Part shown: positions 8,778 through 19,432 of the stretch, one piece after another
Layout: every line of letters starts with the position of its first letter
Numbering within the stretch: the first letter of the stretch is position 1
From: Alphaproteobacteria bacterium
GTDB lineage: Bacteria > Pseudomonadota > Alphaproteobacteria > MPNO01
DNA: 64,000 bases
Direction of reading: 5' to 3'
Assembly: GCA_965248835.1 (NCBI GenBank)
Contig: CBDFLJ010000002.1
Coordinates: 1,728,001 to 1,792,000, forward strand
Notes under the pieces: generated by a model
Seen by the model: the letters and a program-made list of their open reading frames with translations, nothing else
Databases searched by the model: none
What the model was told of the DNA's origin: nothing
Made by a program: the position numbers and the translations under genes

Positions 8778-9740
8778 ATGGACCTCCTTGCCAATGACCT
8801 ATCGATCCACGAGCAATTTCACGACATAGAGTCGTTTCGCGACGCGCTTGCACGCTTGGTGTCCATGCGCAACACAGTTCGTCGCTTCGGTCGGGAGGTT
8901 TATTGCCATCATGCGCTCCTGAACGCCAGCCCGATTTCGGGTGTTCGGATGCAACAAGCAATTGGGCGCCTTGCTGACAAGAACGAGAAGCGAGCCGCGA
9001 TGGGGTGGCTGACGTCCGCCAGTTCGTCATGGGACGATCTACGCCAGCATGGCGCCGACGACTGGCTCGAATGCCGTGACGATATCGTCACGGATACCGC
9101 GATCGGCGAGGCCGCATTTCGAACGCTGCATAGCGTTGAATGTGGGCTGATTAGCGTCACACCTTCCAATTGGGATTTCTCGCCCGTCGAAGTGAATTGG
9201 AAGCGGGAATCGGAGGAATTGGACGACAAGACCGCAGCCCTCAAAAACTGGCGAAACGCAATTACGCTGGAAGAAGGGCTCCGCGATGCGACGGCGCCGA
9301 TTCAGACATGGGGCGATTTACGTGAAGCTTCGACGAACTGGTTTGAAAGCCTGACAATCTCTGGCAACTGTTTCGAACCGCTCGACGGAGTTCCGTTCGC
9401 ACGAAGCTCGGCGGATCGCATTCTCGTTTTGCTCGGCATTCTAAATAAATTGGCGCAAGCGTTCGATCCGGGCGGCGCGCGTACACCCGAAGGCCATCAA
9501 ATCTACCAAGACCACTTCACGGGCGATGGCGCATGGTTCTCAGACTCATCGAATGCCGAGAAGAATAACTTCCGCGAGGAATTGACATTTCCACATCCGA
9601 ACGATCCGGGAAAGGCGCTGTTTTGTACATGGCATGGCAAAGTGCGCCACATGACACTCCGCTTGCATTATTGCTGGTCCGGGACGGCGGGCGATCGGGT
9701 TCTCGTCGTGTATGCCGGTCCAAAGATCACGAAACAGTGA
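8778..9740 (+). CDS. Putative effector (Menshen NsnC position) with a possible RelE-like C-terminal domain
   Basis: Third gene of the DUF262-ATPase triad; C-terminal WHGKVRHMTLRLHY...VLVVYAGPKITK pattern. Confidence 0.6.
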   Translation: MDLLANDLSIHEQFHDIESFRDALARLVSMRNTVRRFGREVYCHHALLNASPISGVRMQQAIGRLADKNEKRAAMGWLTSASSSWDDLRQHGADDWLECRDDIVTDTAIGEAAFRTLHSVECGLISVTPSNWDFSPVEVNWKRESEELDDKTAALKNWRNAITLEEGLRDATAPIQTWGDLREASTNWFESLTISGNCFEPLDGVPFARSSADRILVLLGILNKLAQAFDPGGARTPEGHQIYQDHFTGDGAWFSDSSNAEKNNFREELTFPHPNDPGKALFCTWHGKVRHMTLRLHYCWSGTAGDRVLVVYAGPKITKQ

Positions 9741-9744
9741 GGCG

Positions 9745-12714
9745 ATGATGGAGGCCAAGGAACGACGTTCGACAGAGACCCGCTTAATCGAACGTTGGCT
9801 ACCGATTGCCGCGCTCGGCGAGGAAAGCGTCCGGGAGCGACGGTCGATGACCGCGTTGCCGCCGATCTACTATCTGCATGTCTGGTGGGCGCGGGCGCCG
9901 TTGGTGGCTTCCCGCGCCGCGATTCTGGCCTCCCTGCTACCGGAAGATTCGGATAGGGAGAAGTTTCTGCATGTGCTTGGCATCCACGGGGATCCCGCGG
10001 CTACCAGACGCAGGATTGATATCGCCAAAAGAAACAAGGAAAACCTTGGGCCAAACCCCTACGGCTACAAGCGGGCGTTTACGTATACGCCGACAGAAGA
10101 AGACAGGGACTGGGCCGAGCTTACTGTAGGGAGCGCGCTAAAGGGCCTATTCGTGCTCGACCCGACCGCGGGAGGGGGAAGTATTCCATTTGAAACCGGG
10201 CGCCTAGGGCTGACTTCGATCGCCAATGACCTGAATCCTGTCGCCGCTCTGCTTCTCCGGGCCACTGTCGATTGGCCCGCACGATACGGTTCTGCGCTGC
10301 TTGAACAGTTCGGCACATTGGCGCGCGAGTTTGTCTGTCGAGCCGAACCGAAATACGAACGTGTTTTCCCCGTGGAGTCCGAAGGTATCCGCATTGAAGG
10401 CTATCTCTGGGCTCGCACCATCACCTGTCCCTACTGCGACGGCCTTGTGCCCTTGTCACCGAACTGGCGTTTGGCACCCGACGGAACCGGTGTGCGGGTC
10501 CGACCTCACCTTGCCACCGGTCCAGGCTCAGATGGTCGGGTCTGTTCGTTCGAGATCGTCGACTCTGTCGCTGAACAATCACAAGGAACCGTTTCCGGAG
10601 GCGATGGAGTCTGTCCCTATTTAGATTGCGGCCGCGTCATAGACGGGGATGAAATCAAGCGGCAGGCCCAGGCTGGGAAGATGGGAGAGCAGTTGCTCGC
10701 AATCGTCTACAAAAGGCGTGTCGAGAAAATCCTAAAGTCGGGAAAACGCGGAAAGGACAAATGGGTACGCGGCTACCGCGCGCCGCGACCAGAGGACGAT
10801 AACAGTGTCGAGATAAGAGCGAAGCTCGACGAGAAGCTGCCCGAGTGGGAAGCCTTGGATTTTGTTCCGAGCGAGAAGTTTCCAGAAATCAGTAACGACG
10901 ACCGACCAATCCAGTATGGCATGCCCCTGTGGCGCGACCTGTTTTCTCCGCGTCAGCTTCTGTGCCACGGAACGAGTGTCGAAATATTTCGAGAAATGCT
11001 CGACGCGGATCGTGCTGACGGAAGTCTCGATGAAGTCCGGCGAGCGGCATACGTGTATTTGGCTCTGACGCTCGATACCTTGCTGAACTACAACAATCGA
11101 GCTGGACGCTGGGACAATACCACCGGTAGGGTACGTTCTATTTTCGACCGACACGACTTTGCGTTCGTGTGGTCCTACGCTGAGATGGCACCCCTTGTCG
11201 CAGGCGTGGGATACGACTGGGCTATCGATAAGACCGCAAAGTGCATCAAAGAACTCGTTACCTTGGTTCGCCCCGACGTGGACCTGAACGCCGCCGATTT
11301 GTTCAGTCGTGACGGTGCAGAAGAATACACCTCACCGCCGATCACCATCACCGCCAAGCCCGGTGACAGTCTCGATCATATTGAGGACGCATCCGTAGAC
11401 GTAGTCGTCATAGACCCACCCTATTACGACAACGTCATGTATGCCGAGCTCTCAGATTTCTTCTACGTATGGCTCAAACGCACGGCCGGCCACGTTGTCC
11501 CCGAGCTATTCCGCCGCCAGCTAACCGACAAGGACAACGAGGCCGTCGCCAGTCCAGCCAAATTTCAAGGACAGAAAGGCGCCAAGGCGCTCGCAGGAAG
11601 AGACTACCAGGAACGCATGGCATCGATTTTCGCCGAGTGCAGCCGGACACTCAAACCGAATGGCATCATGACTCTGATGTTCACGCACAAGGCGAGCGGC
11701 GCCTGGGATGCGTTGACCAAGGGATTGATCGAAGCAGGTTTCGTCATCACCGCATCATGGCCTATCAATACCGCGGCCGAGGGAAGTCTTCATATCAAGG
11801 ACAAGGCGGCCGCCAAGACCACCATCTTTCTGGTTTGTCGACCCCGCGTGGACGACACGCAGGCGGAGTCGCAACTCTATTGGGAAGACGTAGAACCCTT
11901 GGTCGCCAAAGCGGTGCGAACGCGGGTCAAGGAGTACCAGGACGCAGGCATTTCGGGCGTTGACCTCTACCTCGCCTCTTTTGGACCGGCGCTTGAAGAG
12001 TTCTCGCGCCACTGGCCTCTCAAGCGAGGCACGCCGCGCGAGATTCCCGTGGAACGCCGCCGCCGGCGACAACAGGCCTTGTTCGAAGAGGAATGGGATC
12101 CTTATGCCGCAACACCGGAAGATGCCCTTGACGCGGCCCGCCGTGAGGTCAAGCGATGGCGTCTGGAACAGTTGACCCATCTAAAGGCGGATGCCGATCT
12201 CGATCCCGCAACAGCGTTTGTCGTCTTGGCGTGGGATGCCTTCAAGGCACCTGTGTTCTCTTATGACGAAGCGCTGAGGCTCGCCCGTGCGGTCGGCGTC
12301 GATCTCGACAGCGACATCATCGGCCGGTTGGCCGAGAAGAAAGGCAGTGACATCCAACTATGGGACAGCGCACGCCGGGCCGCCAAGGGAACACTCGGAC
12401 CTGTCGATGGCTCTCGAGGAATGATCGACGCGATCCATCACGCCGCCAACATGGCCCGCGTACGTTCCTTCGCCGCCGCGCAGGATGTTCTTGCAAAGGC
12501 ACTGGTTGATCAGGATCCGCATTTCTACGCGGCGCTTGAAGCCGTCCTTGAAGTTCTTCCGGTTTCAAAAACCTTCACAGGGATCGAACTCAAGGGCGAA
12601 GTTGCGGCCTCGGCGAGTGACTTCGAGGCGCTGTATAAACTCACCCGCCTCGCTTACAGCGACAAAATCGACGAGCCTGAACAGCTCAAACTTTGGCAAG
12701 ACGATGACGTCTGA
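9745..12714 (+). CDS. DUF1156-type N6-adenine DNA methyltransferase
   Basis: LHVWWARAPL, motif I VLDPTAGGGSIPFE, zinc ribbon CPYC/CPYLDC, motif IV IDPPYYD. Confidence 0.92.
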   Translation: MMEAKERRSTETRLIERWLPIAALGEESVRERRSMTALPPIYYLHVWWARAPLVASRAAILASLLPEDSDREKFLHVLGIHGDPAATRRRIDIAKRNKENLGPNPYGYKRAFTYTPTEEDRDWAELTVGSALKGLFVLDPTAGGGSIPFETGRLGLTSIANDLNPVAALLLRATVDWPARYGSALLEQFGTLAREFVCRAEPKYERVFPVESEGIRIEGYLWARTITCPYCDGLVPLSPNWRLAPDGTGVRVRPHLATGPGSDGRVCSFEIVDSVAEQSQGTVSGGDGVCPYLDCGRVIDGDEIKRQAQAGKMGEQLLAIVYKRRVEKILKSGKRGKDKWVRGYRAPRPEDDNSVEIRAKLDEKLPEWEALDFVPSEKFPEISNDDRPIQYGMPLWRDLFSPRQLLCHGTSVEIFREMLDADRADGSLDEVRRAAYVYLALTLDTLLNYNNRAGRWDNTTGRVRSIFDRHDFAFVWSYAEMAPLVAGVGYDWAIDKTAKCIKELVTLVRPDVDLNAADLFSRDGAEEYTSPPITITAKPGDSLDHIEDASVDVVVIDPPYYDNVMYAELSDFFYVWLKRTAGHVVPELFRRQLTDKDNEAVASPAKFQGQKGAKALAGRDYQERMASIFAECSRTLKPNGIMTLMFTHKASGAWDALTKGLIEAGFVITASWPINTAAEGSLHIKDKAAAKTTIFLVCRPRVDDTQAESQLYWEDVEPLVAKAVRTRVKEYQDAGISGVDLYLASFGPALEEFSRHWPLKRGTPREIPVERRRRRQQALFEEEWDPYAATPEDALDAARREVKRWRLEQLTHLKADADLDPATAFVVLAWDAFKAPVFSYDEALRLARAVGVDLDSDIIGRLAEKKGSDIQLWDSARRAAKGTLGPVDGSRGMIDAIHHAANMARVRSFAAAQDVLAKALVDQDPHFYAALEAVLEVLPVSKTFTGIELKGEVAASASDFEALYKLTRLAYSDKIDEPEQLKLWQDDDV

Positions 12715-12716
12715 CC

Positions 12717-15700
12717 ATGCTCAGCGATCACACATGGAAGCTCAAATACACCCCTGATGACGGCAATCTCGTCAAGCTGTTCTACATCCCAGCGCTTGAG
12801 GATGCCGAGCGTTATGATCGACTGACCGGGTACTTTAGCGCTCGCGCCCTGACACTGGCGGCACGCGGCATCGAAGGACTGGTCCGAAACGGCGGCCACA
12901 TGCGGCTCGTCGTCGGCTGTACCCTGGAACCGCCCGAGATCGAGGCGATCGCTCAAGGCGAGAATCTTCGCGGTCTCGTAGAGCAACATTTGGTGAGCGT
13001 GCCGCTCGCTCCACCAGATTCGGACTCTTCCGACGCTCTAGAACTGCTGGCCTGGATGATTGCGCGCGGTCATCTGGAAGTGAAGGTGGCCGTTCCTTGC
13101 GATGCCAACAAGAAGCCGGTTCCGGCAGACGGCATTTTTCATGAGAAAGCCGGCATTATCGAGGACCGGGGCGGTGACAAGATCGCCTGGAACGGCAGCC
13201 TCAACGAGACGGCGGCCGGCTGGCAGCACAACTGGGAGAGTATCAACGTCTACACGAGCTGGGGTACGGAGCCCCAACGGGCCTCGGACGAAGAGGCCAA
13301 TTTCGCACGCATCTGGGCCAACAAGGCACATCGCGTAATCGTGCTCGACGTACCTGATGCCGTACATCAGGACCTGATGCGTTTCATGCCCGAAACGGAT
13401 AAGCCTGCCCGCCTCAAAGAGCCGGAAGAAGCGCCCGAAAAGCCTCCCCCGAACATGGCAGCAGACGGAGAGAACAAACCCGAAGAACAATCCGCACTCC
13501 TGACTACCGATCTGAGGAGCCGTGTCTGGTCTTTCATTCAACACGCGCCTTGCTTGCCAAACGGGGGCGAGCGCGTTGGCGAGATTACCTCGGCGGTCAC
13601 ACCCTGGCCCCACCAAGTGAGGGCTTTTGAACGTCTCTATACCGATTGGCCCCCCAAGCTTCTTATCGCCGACGAAGTCGGCCTCGGCAAAACCATCCAG
13701 GCAGGACTGCTCTTGCGTCAGGCTTGGCTGGCCGGGCGCATCAAGCGGGTCCTGATCCTGGCGCCTAAAGCCGTTCTCCAACAGTGGCAGATCGAGTTAC
13801 GCGAAAAGTTCAACTTGAACTGGCCTATCTACGACGGCCAGAAGCTGATCTGGTATCCCTCGCCCGCGTGGCGTGGGCAAAACGAACGGATTGTCGACCG
13901 CCATAACTGGCATGACGAACCTGTGGTGATCGCGTCCAGTCACCTGATGCGGCGCCACGACCGCTCGGCCGCACTATTGGAGGAAGCCGAACCCTGGGAT
14001 CTGGTGGTGCTTGACGAAGCCCACCATGCCCGGAGACGCGCCGCGGGAAGCCAACAGGAAGGTGGGCCGAACGCCCTGCTGCGCCTGATGCAAGGGCTGA
14101 AGGACCGGACTCGGGGACTGGTGTTGCTCACCGCGACGCCCATGCAGGTCCACCCCATTGAGGTCTGGGACTTGCTGGACCTGCTCGGCCTGCCGCCCGA
14201 GTGGACCGCCGACGCGTTTCTCAAGTTCTTTGACGATATTGAGCAACCAAGCCCGTCATCGGATGCGCTGGACCGCATGGCCCAACTCTTTCAGTCGGTT
14301 GAACGCGAGTACGGCGAAGTCCAGACAGAGGACGCGCAACGTCTGGTCGAGCTGTCTCGTATGAAGGCCAACAAAGTACTCCGCGCGCTGCGCGATAATG
14401 CCAGCATTCCGCGGCGTCAATTGGAGACGGCAGAGCGCCGCGCCGCGATCAACATCATGCGGGCGCATACGCCGATTCGCCGCCTGGTATCGCGGCACAC
14501 TCGCGAACTGCTGCGACGGTATTTCAAGGCTGGAATGATGACCACACCCATCACCGATCGTCAGGTCGAGGATCGCTTTATCGAAATGACGTCGGAAGAA
14601 CGAGCGCTCTATGACGCGGTCGAGGATTACATTGCCAGCACCTATAACCAAGCCAGCGCCAAGGAGCGCACGGCGGTGGGTTTTGTCATGACAATCTACC
14701 GTCGCCGCCTCGCCAGCAGCTTTCTGGCCTTGCGCAACACGCTGCAAAACCATCTCAACGCCATTGCCACCGGCGGCCAGGCGCAATTAACGGGTCTGGA
14801 CGAGGACGCGCCGGACGATGAAGCGACGGACGAGATTCTGGATGCCGATGATGTGGCGGCTCTCGAGCGCGACGCTCTCGCCGCCGAAGAGGAGTCAGAC
14901 ATCCAGAGCCTTCTTGTCCGCATTGCCCAGTTGCCGCCGGATAGCAAACTCGAAAGCCTCAAGCACACCCTTCAAGAGCTACGCGGCGACGGATACGGCC
15001 AAGCGATGGTCTTCACCCAATACACCGACACCATGGACTTTCTGCGTGGAGATCTCCTGAAGCACGCGGATCTGACGCTGATGTGTTTCTCGGGGCGAGG
15101 GGGAGAAGTCCCGGCCGCGGACGGCACCTGGCGCCGGATCAGCCGCGACGATGCTAAACGGCGGTTCCGAGATGGCGAAGCCGATGTCCTGCTATGCACA
15201 GACGCGGCAGCTGAAGGGCTAAACTTTCAGTTCTGCGGCGCCCTGATCAATTACGACATGCCGTGGAACCCCATGCGGGTAGAACAACGCATCGGACGCA
15301 TCGACCGTCTCGGCCAGGAGCACGGCATCATCCGGATCGTCAACTTGCACTACGAGGGGACGGTCGAAACCGACGTCTATCGAGCGCTCAGGACACGCAT
15401 CGGCTTGTTCGAGTCTGTCGTTGGCCGACTGCAACCGATCCTGGCCCAATTACCCCAAACGATCTCGCAGAGCATTCTCTTGGGCAAGGACGCCGATATC
15501 CGCGATCGCGCGAACATTATGGATACCATCGAGCAGCAAGCCCGCGAAGCAGAGGGGCGCGGGTTCGATATCGACGCGGTGACGGAAGACGACCTCACCA
15601 TGCCATCGCGCCCGCCATCGCCCATAACCATGGATGATCTGGACAGGATCATTGGGTCATCGGACCTGATGCCGCCGGGAACTGACATCCAGCACATGGC

Positions 15701-15896
15701 GCATCGGGAATACGGATTGCTGGCTCCTGGCATGACTGAGAGCCTTCGCGTGACCACCGACCCGGCGTTTTTCGAGGAGCATGCTGAAAGCCTGGAGCTT
15801 TGGTCGCCGGGCAATGTGCTGTTTCAGGCCCCGGAGCTGATAACGCCAGATGATGCCCCCCAAGCGAGATCGCTCAATGAGGTGTTGGAGGATTGA
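12717..15896 (+). CDS. PLD-nuclease / SNF2 helicase fusion
   Basis: HEKAGIIED...GSLNET (HKD PLD motif); LIADEVGLGKT, LDEAHH, LLTATP, AEGLNFQ, PWNPMRVEQRIGRIDR. Confidence 0.92.
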   Translation: MLSDHTWKLKYTPDDGNLVKLFYIPALEDAERYDRLTGYFSARALTLAARGIEGLVRNGGHMRLVVGCTLEPPEIEAIAQGENLRGLVEQHLVSVPLAPPDSDSSDALELLAWMIARGHLEVKVAVPCDANKKPVPADGIFHEKAGIIEDRGGDKIAWNGSLNETAAGWQHNWESINVYTSWGTEPQRASDEEANFARIWANKAHRVIVLDVPDAVHQDLMRFMPETDKPARLKEPEEAPEKPPPNMAADGENKPEEQSALLTTDLRSRVWSFIQHAPCLPNGGERVGEITSAVTPWPHQVRAFERLYTDWPPKLLIADEVGLGKTIQAGLLLRQAWLAGRIKRVLILAPKAVLQQWQIELREKFNLNWPIYDGQKLIWYPSPAWRGQNERIVDRHNWHDEPVVIASSHLMRRHDRSAALLEEAEPWDLVVLDEAHHARRRAAGSQQEGGPNALLRLMQGLKDRTRGLVLLTATPMQVHPIEVWDLLDLLGLPPEWTADAFLKFFDDIEQPSPSSDALDRMAQLFQSVEREYGEVQTEDAQRLVELSRMKANKVLRALRDNASIPRRQLETAERRAAINIMRAHTPIRRLVSRHTRELLRRYFKAGMMTTPITDRQVEDRFIEMTSEERALYDAVEDYIASTYNQASAKERTAVGFVMTIYRRRLASSFLALRNTLQNHLNAIATGGQAQLTGLDEDAPDDEATDEILDADDVAALERDALAAEEESDIQSLLVRIAQLPPDSKLESLKHTLQELRGDGYGQAMVFTQYTDTMDFLRGDLLKHADLTLMCFSGRGGEVPAADGTWRRISRDDAKRRFRDGEADVLLCTDAAAEGLNFQFCGALINYDMPWNPMRVEQRIGRIDRLGQEHGIIRIVNLHYEGTVETDVYRALRTRIGLFESVVGRLQPILAQLPQTISQSILLGKDADIRDRANIMDTIEQQAREAEGRGFDIDAVTEDDLTMPSRPPSPITMDDLDRIIGSSDLMPPGTDIQHMAHREYGLLAPGMTESLRVTTDPAFFEEHAESLELWSPGNVLFQAPELITPDDAPQARSLNEVLED

Positions 15897-16505
15897 TGCC
15901 GATCAGAATTTGCCCACACGAATACGAGGAAGAATTGGGCGCCTGATTAGATAGTCGCCGCCATACCGTAAGCATTCGGCCAAGCCGTGACTGCCCGGAT
16001 AGGGGGAGGTAGCGAACGACCAGTGTGGCAGTAAACCGTTCGGCTCGACACTCGGACCTCAGCGCCGATCGGATCACGATTGACGCCGATCTCAACGATG
16101 TGATGACCAACATCAGAATGCTGCCGCGTACTGGAAATGCCTGACGATCCTGTACGCGCGGACGATGGCGAAGCCACGGGGCTGGTCCGGCCAGATACGG
16201 ACAGAACACCGGACTGCCGCTTCTCCGGCGCCGGCTATCCCGGCTCGACCGAACGGATACGACGAGCGAGGGCTCGCAATGGCCGAGACCAACATTCGCT
16301 CACAACCCCGAACTGATCCGTGGTGCCTCGTGTGCGTATCGGTCGCGAAGCTCCCTTCGGTCAAAATACCGGGACCGCTGGGACCGCGCTTGAATTCGCC
16401 GGCTCGGCCATGATGAGCGGGCCCCGCCTCAGCACCGCGGACCGTCCGCCCGGCCGCGCCACTACCGGCCCGACGACAGCGCCACCGCATCATCGGCCGA
16501 AGCGC

Positions 16506-17003
16506 TTAGCGCGCATGTTTCAACGCACTGTCCCAATGCTCGACGATCTTGCCGCCTTCGATGCGAAACATATCGAACCAAGTGGTCGTGTATGTCTTGG
16601 AGGCGTCGCTGGGGTCCGGATACCGCACCACGTGCGCCATCGTCACGAGATCGCGTTCGGCAGTGATCGAGACGATTTCGGCCTTGATCTTGGGTGCCAC
16701 CGGCAGGGGATCCATGCTGCCGAAATAGCCCACGAAGGCGGCGCGACCGGTCGGCACGTTGGGATTGTGCTGAACGTAATCCTCGACCATGTATTTCCCG
16801 GCTTGGTCGACTCGGTGCGCGTCCAGGACGATGCGCCAAAAGTCGAAGACGAGGCGCTTGTTCGCCGCAAGCGCCGGATCATCGCTCCGCAACATCGCTT
16901 GCTGGCTGGCACCGGCGGTCACCTCGACCTGGGCAAACGCCGGCGCAGACAACATGAGTAACGCGCACAACATGGCCAGGGAGAGCAGACTGGATATCCT
17001 CAT
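16506..17003 (-). CDS. Exported SnoaL/NTF2-fold protein
   Basis: Signal peptide; YVQHNPNV, WFDMFRIEGGKIVEHWD; AGGAGG RBS. Confidence 0.85.
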   Translation of the reverse strand: MRISSLLSLAMLCALLMLSAPAFAQVEVTAGASQQAMLRSDDPALAANKRLVFDFWRIVLDAHRVDQAGKYMVEDYVQHNPNVPTGRAAFVGYFGSMDPLPVAPKIKAEIVSITAERDLVTMAHVVRYPDPSDASKTYTTTWFDMFRIEGGKIVEHWDSALKHAR

Positions 17004-17410
17004 AGTGTGTTCCTCCTTTGTTTCGTCTTGGGCCGGATCGCAGAAAGACGGGCCTCGTGATTCCGAGTTTGCCCCAGCGTCGTCTCCAAGGCCATGCGAT
17101 TCAGGACCGCGTTCCCAATGGAGCCGTGCAAGGCGTCAATCTTCGAAGGGGAAACAAGCCGGAAACGACCGGATCCTACAATAGCCCATCTCCGGAACCG
17201 CCTGATGCGATGGCCCTGCGGTCAATAGCCAGTTGGGTTGAACGATCACGCGGGTCGGGTTAGGCTTTTCCGATGTCAAAGCGCACGATCACACGCCGGA
17301 TCGCCCTGGTTTCCGCCGCCGCGGGCGTCGTGGCACTGCCGTTCGTGTATTTCAGTCGCTCGAGCACTTTGGGCTACCCGTTTTCAGGCCCGGCCGCCGA
17401 TCGCGCCCTA

Positions 17411-18593
17411 GTCACCCGAATCTAAAGTTGGTGGCATAAGTTTTGATCGACGCGGAGGCAGAAGCGTTTGACGGCGGCGAGGATGTCGTCGGCTGATTTG
17501 GTCCATTTGAAGGGCTTGGGGTCTTCGTTGTGTTTTTCGATGAAGGCGCGGATGTCGGCTTCGAGCTGCTTCGTCGAGGTATGAACGCCGCGTCGCAGTT
17601 GCTTGCGCGTCAATTCGGCGAACCAGCGCTCGACCTGGTTGATCCAGGAGGCCGAGGTCGGCGTGAAGTGGACATGATAGTGCGGCCGCCGCGCCAGCCA
17701 GGCTCTGATCGCGGCGGTCTTGTGGGTGGCGTAGTTGTCCATGACGATGTGGATGTCGAGATCCTCGGGGACGCGGGCGTCGATCTGCTTCAGAAAGTCG
17801 AGGAACTCCCTGGCCCGGTGGCGCCTGTAGCACTTGCCGATGACGAAGCCCGTGGCGACATCGAGGGCGGCGAACAGCGAGGTCGTCCCGTGCCGGACGT
17901 AATTGTACGTCCGCCGCTCGGCCATGCCCGGCATCATCGGCAACACCGGCTGTTCGCGGTCGAGGGCCTGGATCTGGCTCTTTTCATCGACACAGAGCAC
18001 CAGCGCGCGGTCCGGCGGCGACAGATAGAGCCCGACGATGTCGCGGACCTTGTCGACGAACAGCGGATCGCTCGACAGTTTGAAGGTCTGCGAGCGGTGC
18101 GGCTGCAACCCGAAGGCCGTCCAGATGCGCCGGATCGTCGTGTGCGACAGCCCGGTCTCCCGGGCCATCGAGCGGAGCGACCAATGGGTCGCATCCGCCG
18201 GCGTCGCGTTGAGCGTCCGTTCAATGACCTGTGCCACTTGATCATCCTCGATGGTCCGCGGCCGCCCCGGCCGAGGCTCATCCGACAGTCCGTCGATGCG
18301 GTCCTTCAGGAAGCGGCGGCGCCACTTGCCGACCGTGTGCTCGTGCACGCCGAGCTCGGCAGCGACCGCCTTGTTGGTCAGACCAGCCGCGCAACGCAGG
18401 ATCATGCGGCAGCGGTCCGACACCGCGCGCGCGATCTGGCGACGGCGGAGCTGACGCTCGAGATACGACCGTTCTGCATCGCTCAGAACCAAAGCCGCAA
18501 CCGGCCGGCCAACGCCACGCACCATCGCAAACACCTCCAAAGCCCAACGACGATGGCCATCATATAGTGCAATTTACTTCAGTTCCAGGTGAC
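17411..18593 (-). mobile_element. IS630-family element
   Basis: Imperfect IRs GTCACCCGAATCTAAAGT / GTCACCTGGAACTGAAGT with TA on both sides. Confidence 0.9.
17422..18540 (-). CDS. IS630 transposase
   Basis: CVDEKSQIQAL, RHGTTSLFAAL, VMDNYATHK, SWINQVERWF. Confidence 0.92.
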   Translation of the reverse strand: MEVFAMVRGVGRPVAALVLSDAERSYLERQLRRRQIARAVSDRCRMILRCAAGLTNKAVAAELGVHEHTVGKWRRRFLKDRIDGLSDEPRPGRPRTIEDDQVAQVIERTLNATPADATHWSLRSMARETGLSHTTIRRIWTAFGLQPHRSQTFKLSSDPLFVDKVRDIVGLYLSPPDRALVLCVDEKSQIQALDREQPVLPMMPGMAERRTYNYVRHGTTSLFAALDVATGFVIGKCYRRHRAREFLDFLKQIDARVPEDLDIHIVMDNYATHKTAAIRAWLARRPHYHVHFTPTSASWINQVERWFAELTRKQLRRGVHTSTKQLEADIRAFIEKHNEDPKPFKWTKSADDILAAVKRFCLRVDQNLCHQL

Positions 18594-18595
18594 TA

Positions 18596-19432
18596 GGCTC
18601 CAGACTCATAACCAGCAAATGACGATGGCGGCGATGGTGACGGCGGCGGTGTAGGTCAGGGCGAGTTTGTCGTATCGGGTGGCGATCCGGCGCCAGTCCT
18701 TGAGCCGGGCGAAGGCACGTTCGATGACGTTGCGCAGACGGTAGGCCTGACGGTCGAACGGGTGATGCCGTTTGCGGGTCGGATTGTTGGGGATGACCGG
18801 GATGGTGCCCCGGTCGAGAAGCAGGTCGCGGAACGCGTCGCTGTCGTAGGCGGTATCGGCGATACACAGGCCGGGCGCCATCGCTCCGATCAGGCGCGCC
18901 GCCACCAGTGCGTCGCCGCGATGGCCCGCCCCGACGATCAGCCGTCGCGCCCGGCCGTGCTCGTCGACGGCGGCATGGATCTTGGTCGTGCGCCCACCCC
19001 GCGAGCGGCCGATCGCCTGGATCTCGGCCCCCCTTTTCCGCCTGCTGCCGAACGGTGTGCCTTGACATGGGTCGAATCCAGCATCACCGCCGCCGGCGGT
19101 CCACCAGCCTCCGCCAACCGCACAAAGACGCCCTGCCATACACCCTTGCGCGCCCAGCGGACAAAGCGGTTGTACAGCGTCTTGTGAGGGCCGTATTCCG
19201 CCGACGCATCCTTCCACCGGCAGCCCGATTGAAGAACATGGATGATCCCAGATATCACCCGCCGGTCGTCAACCCGCGGCACGCCCCGCGTGTCCGTCGG
19301 CAACAACGGCGCCAGACGTCCAAACTGCTCATCGCTCAGCCAAAAGCTCTCCGACATCCTCAAGCTCCCATGGTTTGGAAGCTTGAATCAGATCCAAACA
19401 GAATCATAAAGCGCTTTTATGGGTCCAGACCC
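18596..19432 (-). mobile_element. IS5-family (IS427 group) element with a frameshifted transposase (18606..19357)
   Basis: IRs GGCTCCAGACTCATAA / GGGTCTGGACCCATAA with TA flanks; orfA YGPHKTLYNRF and orfB RNVIERAFARLKDWRRIATRYDK joined at an A4G6 run. Confidence 0.9.

Noticed and set aside
15897-16500. Short ORFs or ncRNA downstream of the helicase
   Set aside because: No recognisable motif, repeat or consistent codon bias
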